Source: Catajapyx aquilonaris (Eukaryota). Taken from it: 40,293 nt of DNA. The position numbers and the translations under genes are program-made. The notes below the pieces were generated by a model. That model was not told the origin of the DNA. It was given only the letters and a program-made list of their open reading frames with translations, and did not search any database. Positions 25,960 through 38,899 of this stretch are shown in pieces. Within the stretch, counting starts at the first letter, position 1; every line of letters begins with the position of its first letter. The stretch lies in NCBI GenBank assembly GCA_000934665.2, contig JYFJ02003566.1, positions 1 to 40,293 on the forward strand, given 5' to 3'.

Positions 25960-27160
25960 CTGTGGCATAGATGATGAGAAAACTTCATCTGTATATAATG
26001 TAACCGTACAGGTTTATTAAAAAAATATGATGCTTAGTGATTTAATAGATCGGGATGGAAAGGGAAGGCTGGAGAGCATGTGCTTGTACTGTAATATACC
26101 TAAGGAGTACCTTTGGAGTACCACTGCAGGTGTATACACTGGATGGCCGAAGTGTTTAACCCCTTGATGGTGAACAAGTTTGGTATGGTGAAGATGCTTG
26201 CTCTGGTGCATAATGGCGATTGTGATTGTTTGCATATGGATTGGAAAAATGGAAGGAGATTCGCAACTATAGCCATGCGCAATAATTTATTATCCTGGTC
26301 GCATTAATTCACAACTGAATGATGAGGATTGCAAAAAGGCGTATTTGTATAATGTTATAATGTTATATATCATTGTCAAAGTCCTTTAAGGCTGCATCAG
26401 TGAGGTAATAAGATCTCGTCTCAATATTCCTGAATGTGGCATATCAATCCTGGGCTACATTTCTCATGACATTCGTATTTATCATGATTTTTGAGTGTAT
26501 TCCATCAGGAGTAATAATTATGCTGTATTACGTATTATTATGACTGTACACATTACATTATGTTCACTGGCCACAATATATTTTCCCTCGAGTGGTTTTG
26601 GATTCTGTCACTCTTTCTCTGCAGCCTGTTTATTTAGTGTCCTCAGGTATCTCTCCTGATTTAGCCATGTTTTGGCCATAATATAATTACCAATTTTCCC
26701 TCTTTTTCATTCCGAATTGGTTAAGTATCATCACCCATCACCACCATCCATGAGCTAAAATGTCTTCAATAATGCCAGAGGAGGGAGTGGTTCCTAGGCG
26801 AACTCAATTTGAGCCAAATAATAATATACCGGAGATTCATGTCAACATGTCATCATTCTGGTCATAATAATCTGTATCCGTGGGATAAGGAAAGGAAACA
26901 AGCAATCAACAAACTGCTCCAAAGCAGTGCAGTGGGACGGAGGCTGTGATAAAAGAGCTTCTGCTTCAAGTCTCTCTCGAGAGGTCACTGTCTGGACAGA
27001 GGCGAGTTAGAGGCATTATCATCGAAACAGCGTTTTCACTCGAAGGCAATAAATCAGCAAAGATTCCTGGATGTATTAATGCTATATTCTTGCTGTATCT
27101 ACCTGTACTATATTGAAACGTGTTTCTTAGGCGGAAGGAGAAGAAAAGAAAACTCTTCTT
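25960..27160 (-). pseudogene. Penton-like paralogue H (duplicate of E)
   Basis: ILII-SCELMRPG...HG-VANLLPFF (26246-26330) and LPFPSRSIKSLSIIF (26023-26068). Nucleotide colinearity with 20.7-22.1 kb. Confidence 0.55.
26099..26166 (+). mobile_element. Partial copy of the 34777-34905 / 8673-8820 MITE family
   Basis: GGAGTACC..TGGAGTACCACTGCAGGTGTATACAC...GAAGTGTTTAACCCCTTG matches the 3' half of 8673-8820. Confidence 0.65.
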
Positions 27161-28015
27161 AGAGTAGGCCTACTTCTGGTAATGCACAGCAGGTTGTCTT
27201 AGAGCTCTCTCTTCTGGGCGACGAAGGGATGGGGAGTCGTACATGCTGTGTCCAGTGCTGTGTGCATATATTATTTCAGCGAAACGGGATGAACTTGAAG
27301 CATTTACACCAAAGAAAGAAGATAATCCCGTGTGAATATTCCCCCACTTATTGGGTCAAGGATTGGGTATGACGCATGCGTGGTGGGCTGCTAGTATATA
27401 AATAGCCTAATTATGTAAGGCCGAAGATTGGTAGAAGAAGAGTGTCGCCTGAGCAGCAGCAGGCGGAAGATGAGAGTCGTGAATCGCCATCTAATCTTGT
27501 TCTTGGATGCTGTTCACTATACAGATACAAGTTCTTCTTATTCACGAAGAAAAGTAATATATTGCACAGTCTCTGCACTTGCCATCCACTTGCCAACAAT
27601 CTAACCTGTTCTATACTGTAAAATGCAGAAGAATGACGCTGCTTTCACTTACGATATGCATTGCGACGAGTCTTCTTGCGAAAGAGTTGGAGTCATGCAT
27701 AAGTCTCAGCAAAATGAAGCATGAAGGCAGCGGCTCTGCGAGACTTCATTGTCGCCATGGTGAGAGTGAGAATATGATTGTTTTCTCCTGGCGTATTTTG
27801 CGCTCCAAAAGCAGCTGAGTTTTCCATAGGACTAACTCTCACCTGTTCGCCTGAAATACGTATGTTTTGCCTATAGAAAATAACAAGTTGAATTTGGAAG
27901 ACAAGCTCCACACATTCAAGCAGATGAAATATAGTTTCCATCATCAGAAAAATATCAGCGACGAGGGGGGAGCAAGTCGAAAATTAATAAGATGACAACG
28001 ATATTGACAATCGCA

Positions 28016-28153
<138 letters not shown>

Positions 28154-28779
28154 TACACGAACCCCTGACCCTGAGAACAATCCAATAAAGTAGGAAAATA
28201 ATTACTGAGCGTGATTGTTATTGGGTCCATTTTAGAAGCTGTCATACGCACGTCCTCCTTTTCCGTTGGTATAGTGTACCCGAATTCACGTATAAAGGAT
28301 TCCTGAAATGGAGGTCATGATAATTCTGTTGTAAGGATGCTTAATAATTACATTCTTGTTTCTCTCGTCTCGTTTCTGTCTCCATCGGGCCCATCGGTTG
28401 TGTACTCTTATCATAATCAGACAGCCTAATAGAAACCCAAATCCGGAGATGTTGCGGGCAACTTATTCTGAAAGCTGGGCTTAGATGGAGTACGCACTGC
28501 ATGTATATAGGGTACGGGAATTACGTGCGTAAGTACATATGCAAGCATGGCAGGCGAAGGATGGCGCTATAAGAGTAAGTTCTTCCATATCTCTGTGGGG
28601 ATGTACCGGTACAACCTTTAATCAAGAGGTTTATTTTGGTGCTTCTTGCTATACTGACAAGGGTATATACTGACAGTGAGTGCGTCAGATACGCTTCTTT
28701 GGTTCCTATAGGCTCTCGTCCAATCATTTTATTCATCTTCTTCTCACCTCATGAGGCAAAAATCACAGTCGCCTTTGCG

Positions 28780-30170
28780 GAACATGTTTTAAGCAATGGG
28801 AAGCCGATGAGATAAGTCGTTGCGTTGGTTAAAATCAAGCTGTGAAGACTATTGTTCGGTGCAATATTGCATAATAAAATCTGGAAGTGTAATTTTGAAA
28901 ATGCTGCTTTTAAATAATAATTTTGCCGACATGGTATATAGGATTTGGAGTGATTTCTTCCTTCCCTTATATTGCATGTAATAAGCAAATAATAAGCAAA
29001 GCAAAGAAGCAAATAAAGCAAAGAAGCCCGAGGAGATTAAGCTGATTAATGTTCAAGTGTTGCTCTTCACTTCTAATGCAAGTTGTCACTTCCGCCGGCA
29101 CAGGTTGCACAATTTTTATGGATCTGTGCAATGTATAGCGATTCGGCAAACTTCTTGATGGTGTTTATTGCTACACAGTGCAAAATATATTCGGAAGTAA
29201 GACTTTGTGTGTCCCATTTCCCCGAGGCGGGAAGGAAATGACGATTCTCTCCCTCACTTCACTATATTCACATGGCAAGATGATTGATAAAGTGGACATA
29301 TACATATCACCTTACAATGATTAATTTTCAATACTGACGAGTAAATGCGTAATTATTGTTCATCAGGCATTGATTGCTTATCGAGCTCCGAGCGATGCGA
29401 TATCTATCCACTGCAATTCAGAAATGACATACCCGACTTGCTTTCATAAACATCATGTTATAGGTGCAGAAAAGTGGCGAATATGTATTAGACGTATATG
29501 GATTATATTTATTCTGCACGAATAATCATTCAGGAACCTGGCATCATGAATAAGTAGCATGCGTTGTACTGAATAATTACCGCCCGACTGCTGCGGCCTG
29601 CATGGCTGAATCATATTATTTTGGTCCACACGTGAAGAAACGTCTGTCAATGATCCGTAATAATGATGTTCTTGAAATGGGTTCGGAGGATGTGGTATCG
29701 TCTGTAGTCGTCAGCAGTGCTTCATCGAGTCTATAGAGAAAATAGGCATTGGTGGGTAAAGGAACAAAAATGTCTCCGTCTCACGAGGCTGTCCTTCGAG
29801 GGGGACAGAGTCTTCTTCACGCCTGATTAATATTGCACCTTGATCTTGGATTATTGTGTGGGGAGGTTCTTTGTCCGAGAAATAGGGCATGAGAACCCAG
29901 AGAATCAGCGCGTATACCAGCAGTGAAGCAGGTTGGATTGATGTAAATAATACAGTATTGTATTGATATAACATTGCACTGATATTTCAAAATACTGCAG
30001 ATGTTATTGTAATTTCGCAGGGAAAAACCACGGGAAGAAACTTTCATTCGATCCTTAATATTCCTTTCAATCTTCACTGAAGAAAATAATCTGCATTGTT
30101 ACCGCAGAGGAAATACTATGATCATCCCATTAGGCCTGTATACCTAAAAATACACGTAGATGGAATCACT
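28780..30170 (-). pseudogene. Penton-like paralogue I
   Basis: N-terminal DSIYVYF...YF.-GNNADYF-SVKIERNI...MKVS..GFS (30020-30166); EEQHLNINQLNLLGLL (about 29020-29070); SYIPC...FSKLHFQI (28879-28943). Confidence 0.7.
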
Positions 30171-30174
30171 GATC

Positions 30175-31743
30175 ACACCCTGGGGCGAAAGACCAGTGTT
30201 TTTAATTGCCTGTGAACGTGTAGGATAGTTTCAGTCCGTCATTCAGTACAGGTAGTGCTACTAGTACAGTAGACTACTGTAATAAATTTGCAGTCCTGAA
30301 GGGCTCATGCGACTCATAATGGCATGATACTGCAAAAAGGTTTCTCGATATAAGTTGTCACCATACAGCAGACGTGACTTGGTGAATTAGTCCATCTTTG
30401 TTGTCCCCATCCATGCATATAGACGCGTGCTGGGCCTTCGGCTCCTCTCGTCATCACTGGTTGTCAGGTATGTTGTTGATAATAGTAGGCCGGTAAAACC
30501 ATTGCATCATTTTTGGGACCAGTTGTAGCTCGGCTGTCATTGCAACTCTACGTACCTTCAGAAATTTGTTGGTTGTTTATCAGCACTGATGTGGTTATTA
30601 GCACGCAATGAATGATTCCGTTCTTCCTCATATTTCTACTAACCCTTCATAATAAGGAGCGAAAGATGTAAGCGAGGTAGCTCTGGATTCCTTAAAGGGA
30701 GGTAAGCAGTAGAGTCACATAAGTAGTACAACTGCATAATTTGCCAATATTAATTCATGATGCGCTTCACTAAAAGGTTCCCTTTTAGAAACCCCGAAGA
30801 TCTAATAAAGATCGGATCATAAACCTCCCAGCATATAAGGTCGGCCTTATTTGGTATTAATCATCAATCCATCATTCATCAGTCTCATCTGATTGTAAAT
30901 GCTCAACTGGAATCGCCCGTTCGTAAAAGTTGTAATATTATTTGGACCCAAATAATTTATTAACACTCTCTCTCCTTCAGCTGATTCGTTGCCGCCCGGG
31001 TGATGTGCGTGAATAATGACCCGTCTTTTTGGCGTACGTATCTGGTCTTGATATCTTGGTGTGCTAGTCCGGATATATACCCGCCTAACCGCATGTATAA
31101 TATTGTTTCATGTATACAGTTTGTAGGCCTTACGATGACGCATTAGTTTTTTTTTTGACGGGAATGCAGAGTTTTTTCTACACTGTATGAAAAGACCAAA
31201 ATCAAATAAATTGCACGCTTTATTCGCAACAATGCAGAACACAATGGAAGAAACAGCGTTTATGTAGTACAGTATGCTTGATTGGTCAGGTCGTTGAAAG
31301 ATGCTTTTCTGAAGTTTTACATGGTTTGTTGATGAGCTATATTACGCCCTTTACCTCCAACTTAGCCTATACTGTTCCGTTGTCGGATTTAACGTGGTCT
31401 GGCCATCACACTTTTTGGTACTGATTGCAGGTTAATTATTGATGTCATCAACTGTCATTCATGCAGAGTCAGGCCAAGGGCACTGCTAAAGGCAGGTTTT
31501 GCTAGCAGCCTGCTGGATTGCTGGTCTTCACTGGGAAACAGACCGACATATATATGAGGAGAGAAGAGGAAGGAAGATGTTGTCAGAAATCTGGCCCAAA
31601 CAATCAGGCAAAGGCTGAGGCGGGGTGAGGTATAACTAACAAATGCCTCGGTTTCAGAAGTCATATATAACAACAGGAGTCAGAGGATTCTGAGGCTCCC
31701 ATGGCTTTCAGTTGAAATGTTGACCAATGTGCCACGAATCCAT
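30175..31743 (-). pseudogene. Penton-like paralogue J (5' end nucleotide-similar to A)
   Basis: 31570-31710 aligns with 13480-13640. GPARVYMH...LLYGDN (30353-30436); C-terminal LVFRPRV*. Confidence 0.6.
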
Positions 31744-31764
31744 GATCTTAGACCAGAGTCTCTT

Positions 31765-32650
31765 TGAACAACCAGCAATATTTTCATTCTGCGATAGACC
31801 GTGTTTTCTCTAGGGTCATTAGTGTCACCAAAAAACACATCCCCTCATACTATTTGGGGTTTGACAATAACCCTTGCCATAATCTCTAAGAAGATACTTC
31901 TTCTCTTCCAGATGTGCTCATCTCACTCTTGCTAGATGATGAAACATACTCGGCTATACATGTCTGTTAATAATTATTTATTAGCAAATGTCTTGCCGTC
32001 ACCATTCTACGTAAAATGTAGTCTTCCGGGCCCTATACCAGGTCATCTTTTCCTTGCATGAACAGCCCGAAATAACTAATATATTGTTATGTCACCGGCG
32101 TTAATACAAGTTCTGCACTTTGGCTGACAGTGAGACATATTATGGGTTCATTACGATATTCCGAGCCGAAATATTTCTGCAGAATTCGATTTCTGCGGAG
32201 TTTGATATGAAAAGATGGGGTTCATCTTGAATGTATATTTACAATCACTGGGATTCCCCAGCCGCAGTCATCATCCATTGCAAAGGTGAACATCTGTGGT
32301 TGTCATCTCCTGAAAACATAAGCCAAGAAGCACGAGCTTGTTGTCGCACTTGTCACGGAGCAGGGAACTTGGATGCTTGAATGTAATATGTACGAGTATA
32401 GCAGGCAATATTATGTGAGAGTGAAAGTTAGTGCAGTGCATTAAAATAATAATAATATTGTTCTCCTATGGCCTGTACGAGGTCGCATGGCGATATTACC
32501 TTGGATCGCCTTGGATATTGCTACTTCTTTCGAGGACGTTTCGCGGTCGCACATCCCTGCCTGGCCAAACCTGTAGGCCTGTACCGATACCCGACGTCAG
32601 TTATTCAGCATTATTTGTGCCAGAGACGAATCAATCAGAAAATAGGAAAC
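31765..32650 (-). pseudogene. Maverick retroviral-type (c-) integrase remnant
   Basis: VW-QAGMCD (32546-32570; cf. WQADLVDM); IACYTR..IQA-VP-LRDK (32349-32409; cf. IDCFSRYAWAVPLKDK); QPQMF..D-AGE; PQKSNSAEIF (32169-32198; cf. KASVAERF); KRRSIF..GKGY..PN (about 31855-31908; cf. F.KGY..NW). Confidence 0.75.
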
Positions 32651-33767
32651 ATGATCGTGCTTTTTTTGTGGATTTACGAGTATAATATACAGTATACTGT
32701 CCTATACTGTATTTTCATATGGCGAAGAGAGAACCACCTACCCATGAAATGTACCATCACCAGCGGGGATGTTCAATTGTTCATTATATTAATTCTCCAT
32801 TGCAAATGGTCAATGGCAACTCCGTCGTCGTATGTGCTTTGAGTCGGGATTCAGGATGACAAGGAATTTCCTTTCATGCGTTCGAAGAAATGGATGGAAC
32901 ACTGCCTGCTGTACGTATAGTTGCCTTTGTGCATGACGTTTCCCTTTGTCCTACGTAGGCTACACGGAAAGACGTTTGCCTGACAGTTACGAAATCAGTT
33001 GCACAGCCCGGCAAAGGCGATATGTGAACCTATTAATGAATAACGTAAGGTGTCACAAGAGTATAATTATTATGGGAACAAAACTGCACATTTTAATCGA
33101 AAATCAAATGGAAAGATTACTGTAACGAGAAAATGAAAATAGTAGTGGCAATGATATCGGGTTCAAATATTATTCCAATATTATGTTCCAATATTGTATT
33201 ATATGGTACACAATGTTCCAATGACATTCTGCGATATTAATTTGTACTTATTTCAATGAATAGAGACGGGTCCAATAAATTATTCTAGTCTAAATCCTTC
33301 ACCTCGTGGCCCACGTAATATTTCTTTGTGGTCCAGACGGCATAATGCAATATCCATGTTATTTCCTTGGGACTGGACTAATCCTGGCCGTGGTTATCTC
33401 CTGTCGTCATGGGAGTATTTCTTGTGAAGTTTCATCTGGATCAGGTAGTACAGGTGTGTCACCTGCTGACTTCGTTCAATGAAACATCATGATTGGATCA
33501 CACCATTGTTATTCTCGTCAAGTCGCGGTAAATCTTAATAACAGGGTCATCTTCTCAATCTCCTCCGGTTCTACTCATCAGTTGAATACTGCGACTGGAG
33601 ACTAACGAACCTCAGCTTGTGATGAAGCCAATGAGCAGGACCCTATCTCTACAATCATGTAATCATCATGATTCGTGCATGCCTTCGAGTTGTGCGTTCA
33701 GTAGTCATTCTGCAGAACTCTTTCTCTTGGGGACTGAGTACGATTATTTCTGATGCAAAATCGTCTC

Positions 33768-33799
<32 letters not shown>

Positions 33800-33804
33800 T
33801 GATG

Positions 33805-33879
<75 letters not shown>
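33768..33879. repeat. (AAT)n microsatellite with GAT interruption
   Basis: Directly visible. Confidence 0.97.
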
Positions 33880-33880
<1 letters not shown>

Positions 33881-34246
33881 GATGGTAGCGGCAGCAGAAG
33901 CAGCAGATTATATTAAATCTGCCGTAGTTCTCTATACTTACATACGTTTTGGTCCTCAGGCTTGTCGCAAGAAGAAGTGTTCTGTTGCAATCCTTCTTGT
34001 CTCATTGGGACATGACGTCTTATAGTTGAAGATGGACACACAGTGCAAGTGTCGGATAGACTACCTGTTGTATTCGAGAGTAACTAACTGCAGGAAAGAG
34101 GTCTCCCTGAGGTCGCAGATCACTTCCCCGCATAAGATAAAGGCACCAGTTCGACATCTAGGCTCAAAGTGCACTTCTAGTATCATTCAAACGGGAAGCA
34201 TTTAAGTCAAGTCGATTATTTTCATATTTACCTTCCGCGAAGAAAA

Positions 34247-34378
34247 AAAATTAATGTAGCAGTGAGAAACTACTGGTTAACCAGTAGTTTCTCACTGCTA
34301 CATTAATTTTACGTGATTTTAAAATGTGCAAAGTGTCACCTTCTGAATTCAGAAGGTGACACTTTGCACATTTTAAAA
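34247..34378. repeat. Two adjacent perfect palindromes (64 bp and 62 bp)
   Basis: 34247-34310 is centred on GGTT|AACC and 34317-34378 on GAA|TTC. They are separated by ACGTGA and have no mismatches or loops. Confidence 0.95.
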
Positions 34379-34776
34379 GGAAAGACTGTCCAATCCTGGA
34401 TGTATGGTCGCAGGGTCCACTCCCTCTCTCCAATAATTATTTTAGTTGCATTGTTGGCACAATATACGCCCACTGATGTATATACAGTATAGTCTACATT
34501 ATGTGTGATCACCTCTATATCTTCTTCTGCAGTCATTTTGAACTCGACATTGCAACCAGACCTGATGTCAGATTGACCAAGGAGCGCGATCGTTGGGGGG
34601 TACGCAACGTGATCCTCAGGCATGTGTATACAGGTAAACCAGACTTGGGTTCAGGGAGTCGTCGTCGCTAAGGTCGGCCCGTCTGGACGGCCCCATCTGG
34701 ACGCGACTTGCTGTCTCTATACACTACTGTGTCTTCTAGTCCTGCTCTGCAGGCTGCAGCCTCCCATTATTTACAG

Positions 34777-34905
34777 CAAGGGGTTATAACCACTTCAGTA
34801 CTCCGGTGTATATGCAGTCGTAATCTTCAGGTACCTTACTCTTTGGTACTCTTTGAATTTGGTAATCCAGTGTATACACTTTACAGTCGAGTGGTTAACC
34901 CCTTG
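34777..34905 (-). mobile_element. hAT-type MITE
   Basis: TIR CAAGGGGTTA(TA)ACCACT...AGTGGTTAACCCCTTG. 8-bp flanks ATTTACAG/ATTTACGG match at 7 of 8. Two relatives elsewhere in the window. Confidence 0.85.
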
Positions 34906-35359
34906 ATTTACGGAACCCTTTTCAAACCTCAAACACAGTTTCTCTGCAGAACAGGTTCGGGAACTTGCAGGTGACGCACATGTCGTCATCTCGTTTTTTT
35001 TCCACTTGTGGGGAGCGAGCATGTAAAAAAATTTCATATTGAATATTATTGAATCCGGTGGTATTATTATACTGTAGGCCTACTATTTCGGTCGTGCAAT
35101 ATTGAAAATCTGTGACTATTTTGTTGCTAAAGTGTGAGTTGCTTTACCCGGTGATTGCACGGGATTATGCGCATTTAGGTAAAGATTTATTTATTTAGTA
35201 TTATCATGAACATAGAGTAGTAATGACATGAATCACTTACCGCGCCCCGCATCAACTATAGTGTTTCAACTCGTATCTCAACTAGATGTCTTACGTCCAG
35301 GTGTATGAGAACGGTTCATATTAAACATATATGTATATGCACAGTACAGTACAATCATA

Positions 35360-37120
35360 ATTATTGTATAGCCTAGGCCTTGGGGATGCATGCCTTTAAC
35401 CTGCGCTACCTAAACTGATACTACAATCACAATATATTTTAATCAGATCAGATGGATTTGCAGACAGCTGAACTTCTGCCCAGGAATATTCCAGGTACTT
35501 TTAAAATCCATTGACCCCATACATGCCCGTCGTTAAAGGTTATGGATAAATTGTCTTATACTCATTACCAACTCTGATTGGCTCTTGAGAGACACCGCAT
35601 GGACGCTCGTAACATATTGTGAACACTGCTGAACAATATTACGGTGTTCAAAGGCTCTAATTGCAATAGATCCCGTGTTACTAATATTACGAGTTACATA
35701 TTACTATGTTTGCGTTTAAAGTACGGCTGTTCGCCATCAAAAGACAAAAGAGCGAAATGATATCGACTGTCAGTGCTGACTGTCACCTCGCACTCATTTT
35801 TATTTTCTACATGAGGCACTTATAATAATTATGTTTCCATACCTGGTTGGTCACGGGTCCATGGATGAGATGCATTCGTAGTTGTGTAGTACTCCTGCGT
35901 ATATGCAAGAGGTTTTGATGCAGACAGATTGTTGATTATAAATTTATAATTATGTACACTCATTAGGATAATATTACTCTGCGACCTTTATAAAAAGGAA
36001 GGTGCCACGATATATTTATTACATAATTATTTTGAACTGAAAGGCATTTTATACATCCATCACGAGAAGGTGCATGCAATTGTCGCAATATATTGTGTTC
36101 ATTAATATTATTATACAGTAAGTATTGTACATGCTCCACCACAGCAAGGGTTTATTACTCTATCCCGTGCGGTTGTCAGCCTGGATCGTGGCCTGGATTG
36201 TCATAAAAAATCCAAGTGTGGTCTCCGTGGATGACTACCATAGGAGCTATAGGAGAGAATGATGATGTGCGTGAATACATGCAACAAGGTGTTCCAAACA
36301 GACGGGCGGAAGCATTATTACTGCGATCCGGAGAGTCTAGATCGGTGCATGATGATGGAAAATGGGTCGGCATTGCCGGGTCAGAGGTCAAAGAGCCCCT
36401 CTTGATACGCCTTCAATTTCCAACTAAGCATGCTGGGCACACTGGTGTTACTAAGAAACACACTGCCCGTGTGGTCAGGTATAGACCAACAATCCTTTCA
36501 ATGTGTTTTTTAATAATGGAATGGAAGCATCATGCTTCTTACGTAAAATACGTGCACATTGTTGTAATAACAACAATGCGGAACACGCGGAAAGATGCAG
36601 AGTCCGCGGGATTAATGATATGCAGTTGTCAGAAGGTTGCCTGAAGTTTTGATGCCGGCTCTTTTGCTTCAAGACGATGACTTCCGCCTGGGTCAGCCAG
36701 TATATATATAGTAATACAACGCTGTACTTTAGCTGGTGTGAATTTGGTGATCACACCCTTCTCTGGTGACAAAGACGGTCGTGATTGGCCCATCACTACA
36801 CCAGACTACACTCTTGCATGGTTCAGATATTGTTGTACATATTAACCTATAGGTTGGACAGAACGTTGTTCTGTCCAAAGCAAAAAGTAAATACTGTACT
36901 ACAGTGCCACGCAAGCCTATTATAGAGTATGGAGAGTATTACTCTGATGTGGAAAGCCTGATAACACACGGCACCACCAGCACCACCGAACAGGGCAAAC
37001 TATTCATCGGATCATGACCCATCAGGTCATCACGCTTTGCTGCATAAATATGATGGACTAAAGTGACTTATGCTATCGTTCGGATTGCAATGAAACAATC
37101 CATAGGCGTGTTAAACATAT
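35360..37120 (-). pseudogene. Penton-like paralogue L
   Basis: N-terminal NPNDSISHFS...E*FAL; SIPDHTGSVFLSNTSVP; QEPIRVGNEYKTI (35550-35588); IPGQKFSCLQIHLI (35446-35489). Confidence 0.6.
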
Positions 37121-37129
37121 TATATAGCC

Positions 37130-38890
37130 ACGACTGACCAAATTTCGACAAAATGGCAGAGAGAGAAAAGGTCCCATCAGGCCATATATACATGTGGGTG
37201 ATGGCATGGAGCCTTGATCGGCGACCATAATATTTAGGAAAAGATCAATTCAACGACCAGCGACTTATATGGAATCCCGTGGTTTATTATATTATACTTT
37301 CTGTCGTGCAATTATTTGTGCGATTTGTTTTACCCAGCGACAAATCAGCAAGTTTAATTTTGTGTTCTGTATAGACTACGTAGACTACAAGAAAGCAGCT
37401 CTGAATAATACTCGTAATATTAATGTGATGCTTATTGGCGCCCAGTTCAGATACCAACATTTTTTTGGGACAGCTAAAATGCGGTTGCTAAAAATTATTT
37501 GCTGTCACAGCCATATCCTTTTTTTGAGTGTGACTACCCCTCATAGGGAAATGTCGTGATGTTGTTGTTGTTGTTGTTGTTGTCTTTATCTAGACCTAGA
37601 GTCCTTTGTGGGTCGACCATATTGGTCAGGCAAAGATTTAAGCAGTGGCAAAATAATATGAGTTCGCCGCAACTTGACATGCATCGACATGGCCCTTCCG
37701 TCTTACAGCGATTTGTATCATTATCGTCGGAAAAGCAATACTGCTCAGTGCTTGTAAGGTATAGGCCTACTGTTATTATTTATAATTATTGCAAGGTCGC
37801 CATTCACATTCAGAAAAATAGTGATGTGCCCTCGAATATTATCCGTGCTAATGACTGCATGGGTTTGTCCGGATAATCGGAAACCACGGATAGATAATGG
37901 ATCTAGACCTAGTAATAATGAGCTATTCACATGTTTTAAATGAGCCAGCCCTATGCCTTCTGACTCTGTTATTGACCTCATACTCTAGAGTCTAGATGAA
38001 TGACGTAATTAGAATTATTTGCCCAAACCAAAGCCTGTTATTTTGCATTACAAGCAGTGCCTGTATCCGTGCCATGACGTGACCCTTAAGACGTCCAGAT
38101 AATATGATTTACGGGGTGGGGAAAATATACGAAATGGTGAAGTAGACTATACTTCAAACTCACTCGCCTCTTCTTCTAAACAGGGCTTCTTCCGTTGTTC
38201 GTTTCGGAGGTTGCATTAATACTGGCATTATCACAAACGTAGTGCATGTTATTAGTGTCCTGAGAGAGACACTTTCACAGACATGGTTCTATTATCAGAG
38301 TAACTGGACCCTCGGTACACTATAATTTGTTTCTAGATGCAGTACATTCCATCAACCTAGGTTTAATTAAGACCCGTTTGACAATAGTTTCATCAAAAAT
38401 GTAGCTCATTATCTCATTTTCAGGGAGTTCTCAGTTCCAGTCAATTAAAAAAAAACTTCTCCTCAACCCCTCCTAAAATGGCACTGAGGTCTTTCTGCCG
38501 TATCACGCGACATTTAGTCCTTCCTTTGTTGTTACGACGAGTCGGCGTACTGCTACGTATTTTGTTGAATTGCTCGTTTCTTGGTCCAGTTCACTCGGTG
38601 GTAGATAAATGGCTAGTAGTATTGTTATGTAGTGGCGGAAAATGTAACGGGGCGACGAGACTCCTCTGCACTGTTGGCATCCTGGATTGTTGTCTCCAAG
38701 GGCAACGAGGATAATATGAACACAGGAAATCAACAAACTTTTCCAAACAGAGTATATAGGGCGGAAGGTTAAGAAACCTCCTTGCTTTATTCAGCCTGGC
38801 TTTCTTGATGTAAGGGTTAGACTTGGTTCAATCGCTGTGTGTCACGAAAGAGTTCGTTTCCGGGTCAGAGGCCACAAAGCACCCTTATGG
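37130..38890 (-). pseudogene. Penton-like paralogue M (related to E/H)
   Basis: FVASDPETNSFVTH...LNLPPYILCLEKFVDFL (cf. LEQFVDYL in E; 38723-38768 resembles 21817-21863 at DNA level). C-terminal YKSL...LNIMVADQG..P...PDGTFSLSAILSKF. Confidence 0.55.
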
Positions 38891-38899
38891 CTCTGCCAC

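Larger units (their letters stand above)
15000..27270 (+). repeat. Old tandem segmental duplication: unit A about 15.0-22.2 kb, unit B about 22.9-27.3 kb
   Basis: Colinear diverged matches: 15001~22880, 15440~23255, 16700~24345, 17415~24765, 20140~25525, 20995~26302, 21497~26587, 21820~26903, 22150~27258. About 18-20 kb of unit A has no counterpart in unit B. Confidence 0.9.
32715..35200 (-). pseudogene. Penton-like paralogue K (long form; may be two genes)
   Basis: N-terminal LYLNA...SNSHFSNKI...EIVGL (about 35075-35185); YSCDTLRYSLIGSH (33022-33063); C-terminal EIPC...ELPLTICNG-EQLNIPAGDGT. Confidence 0.6.
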
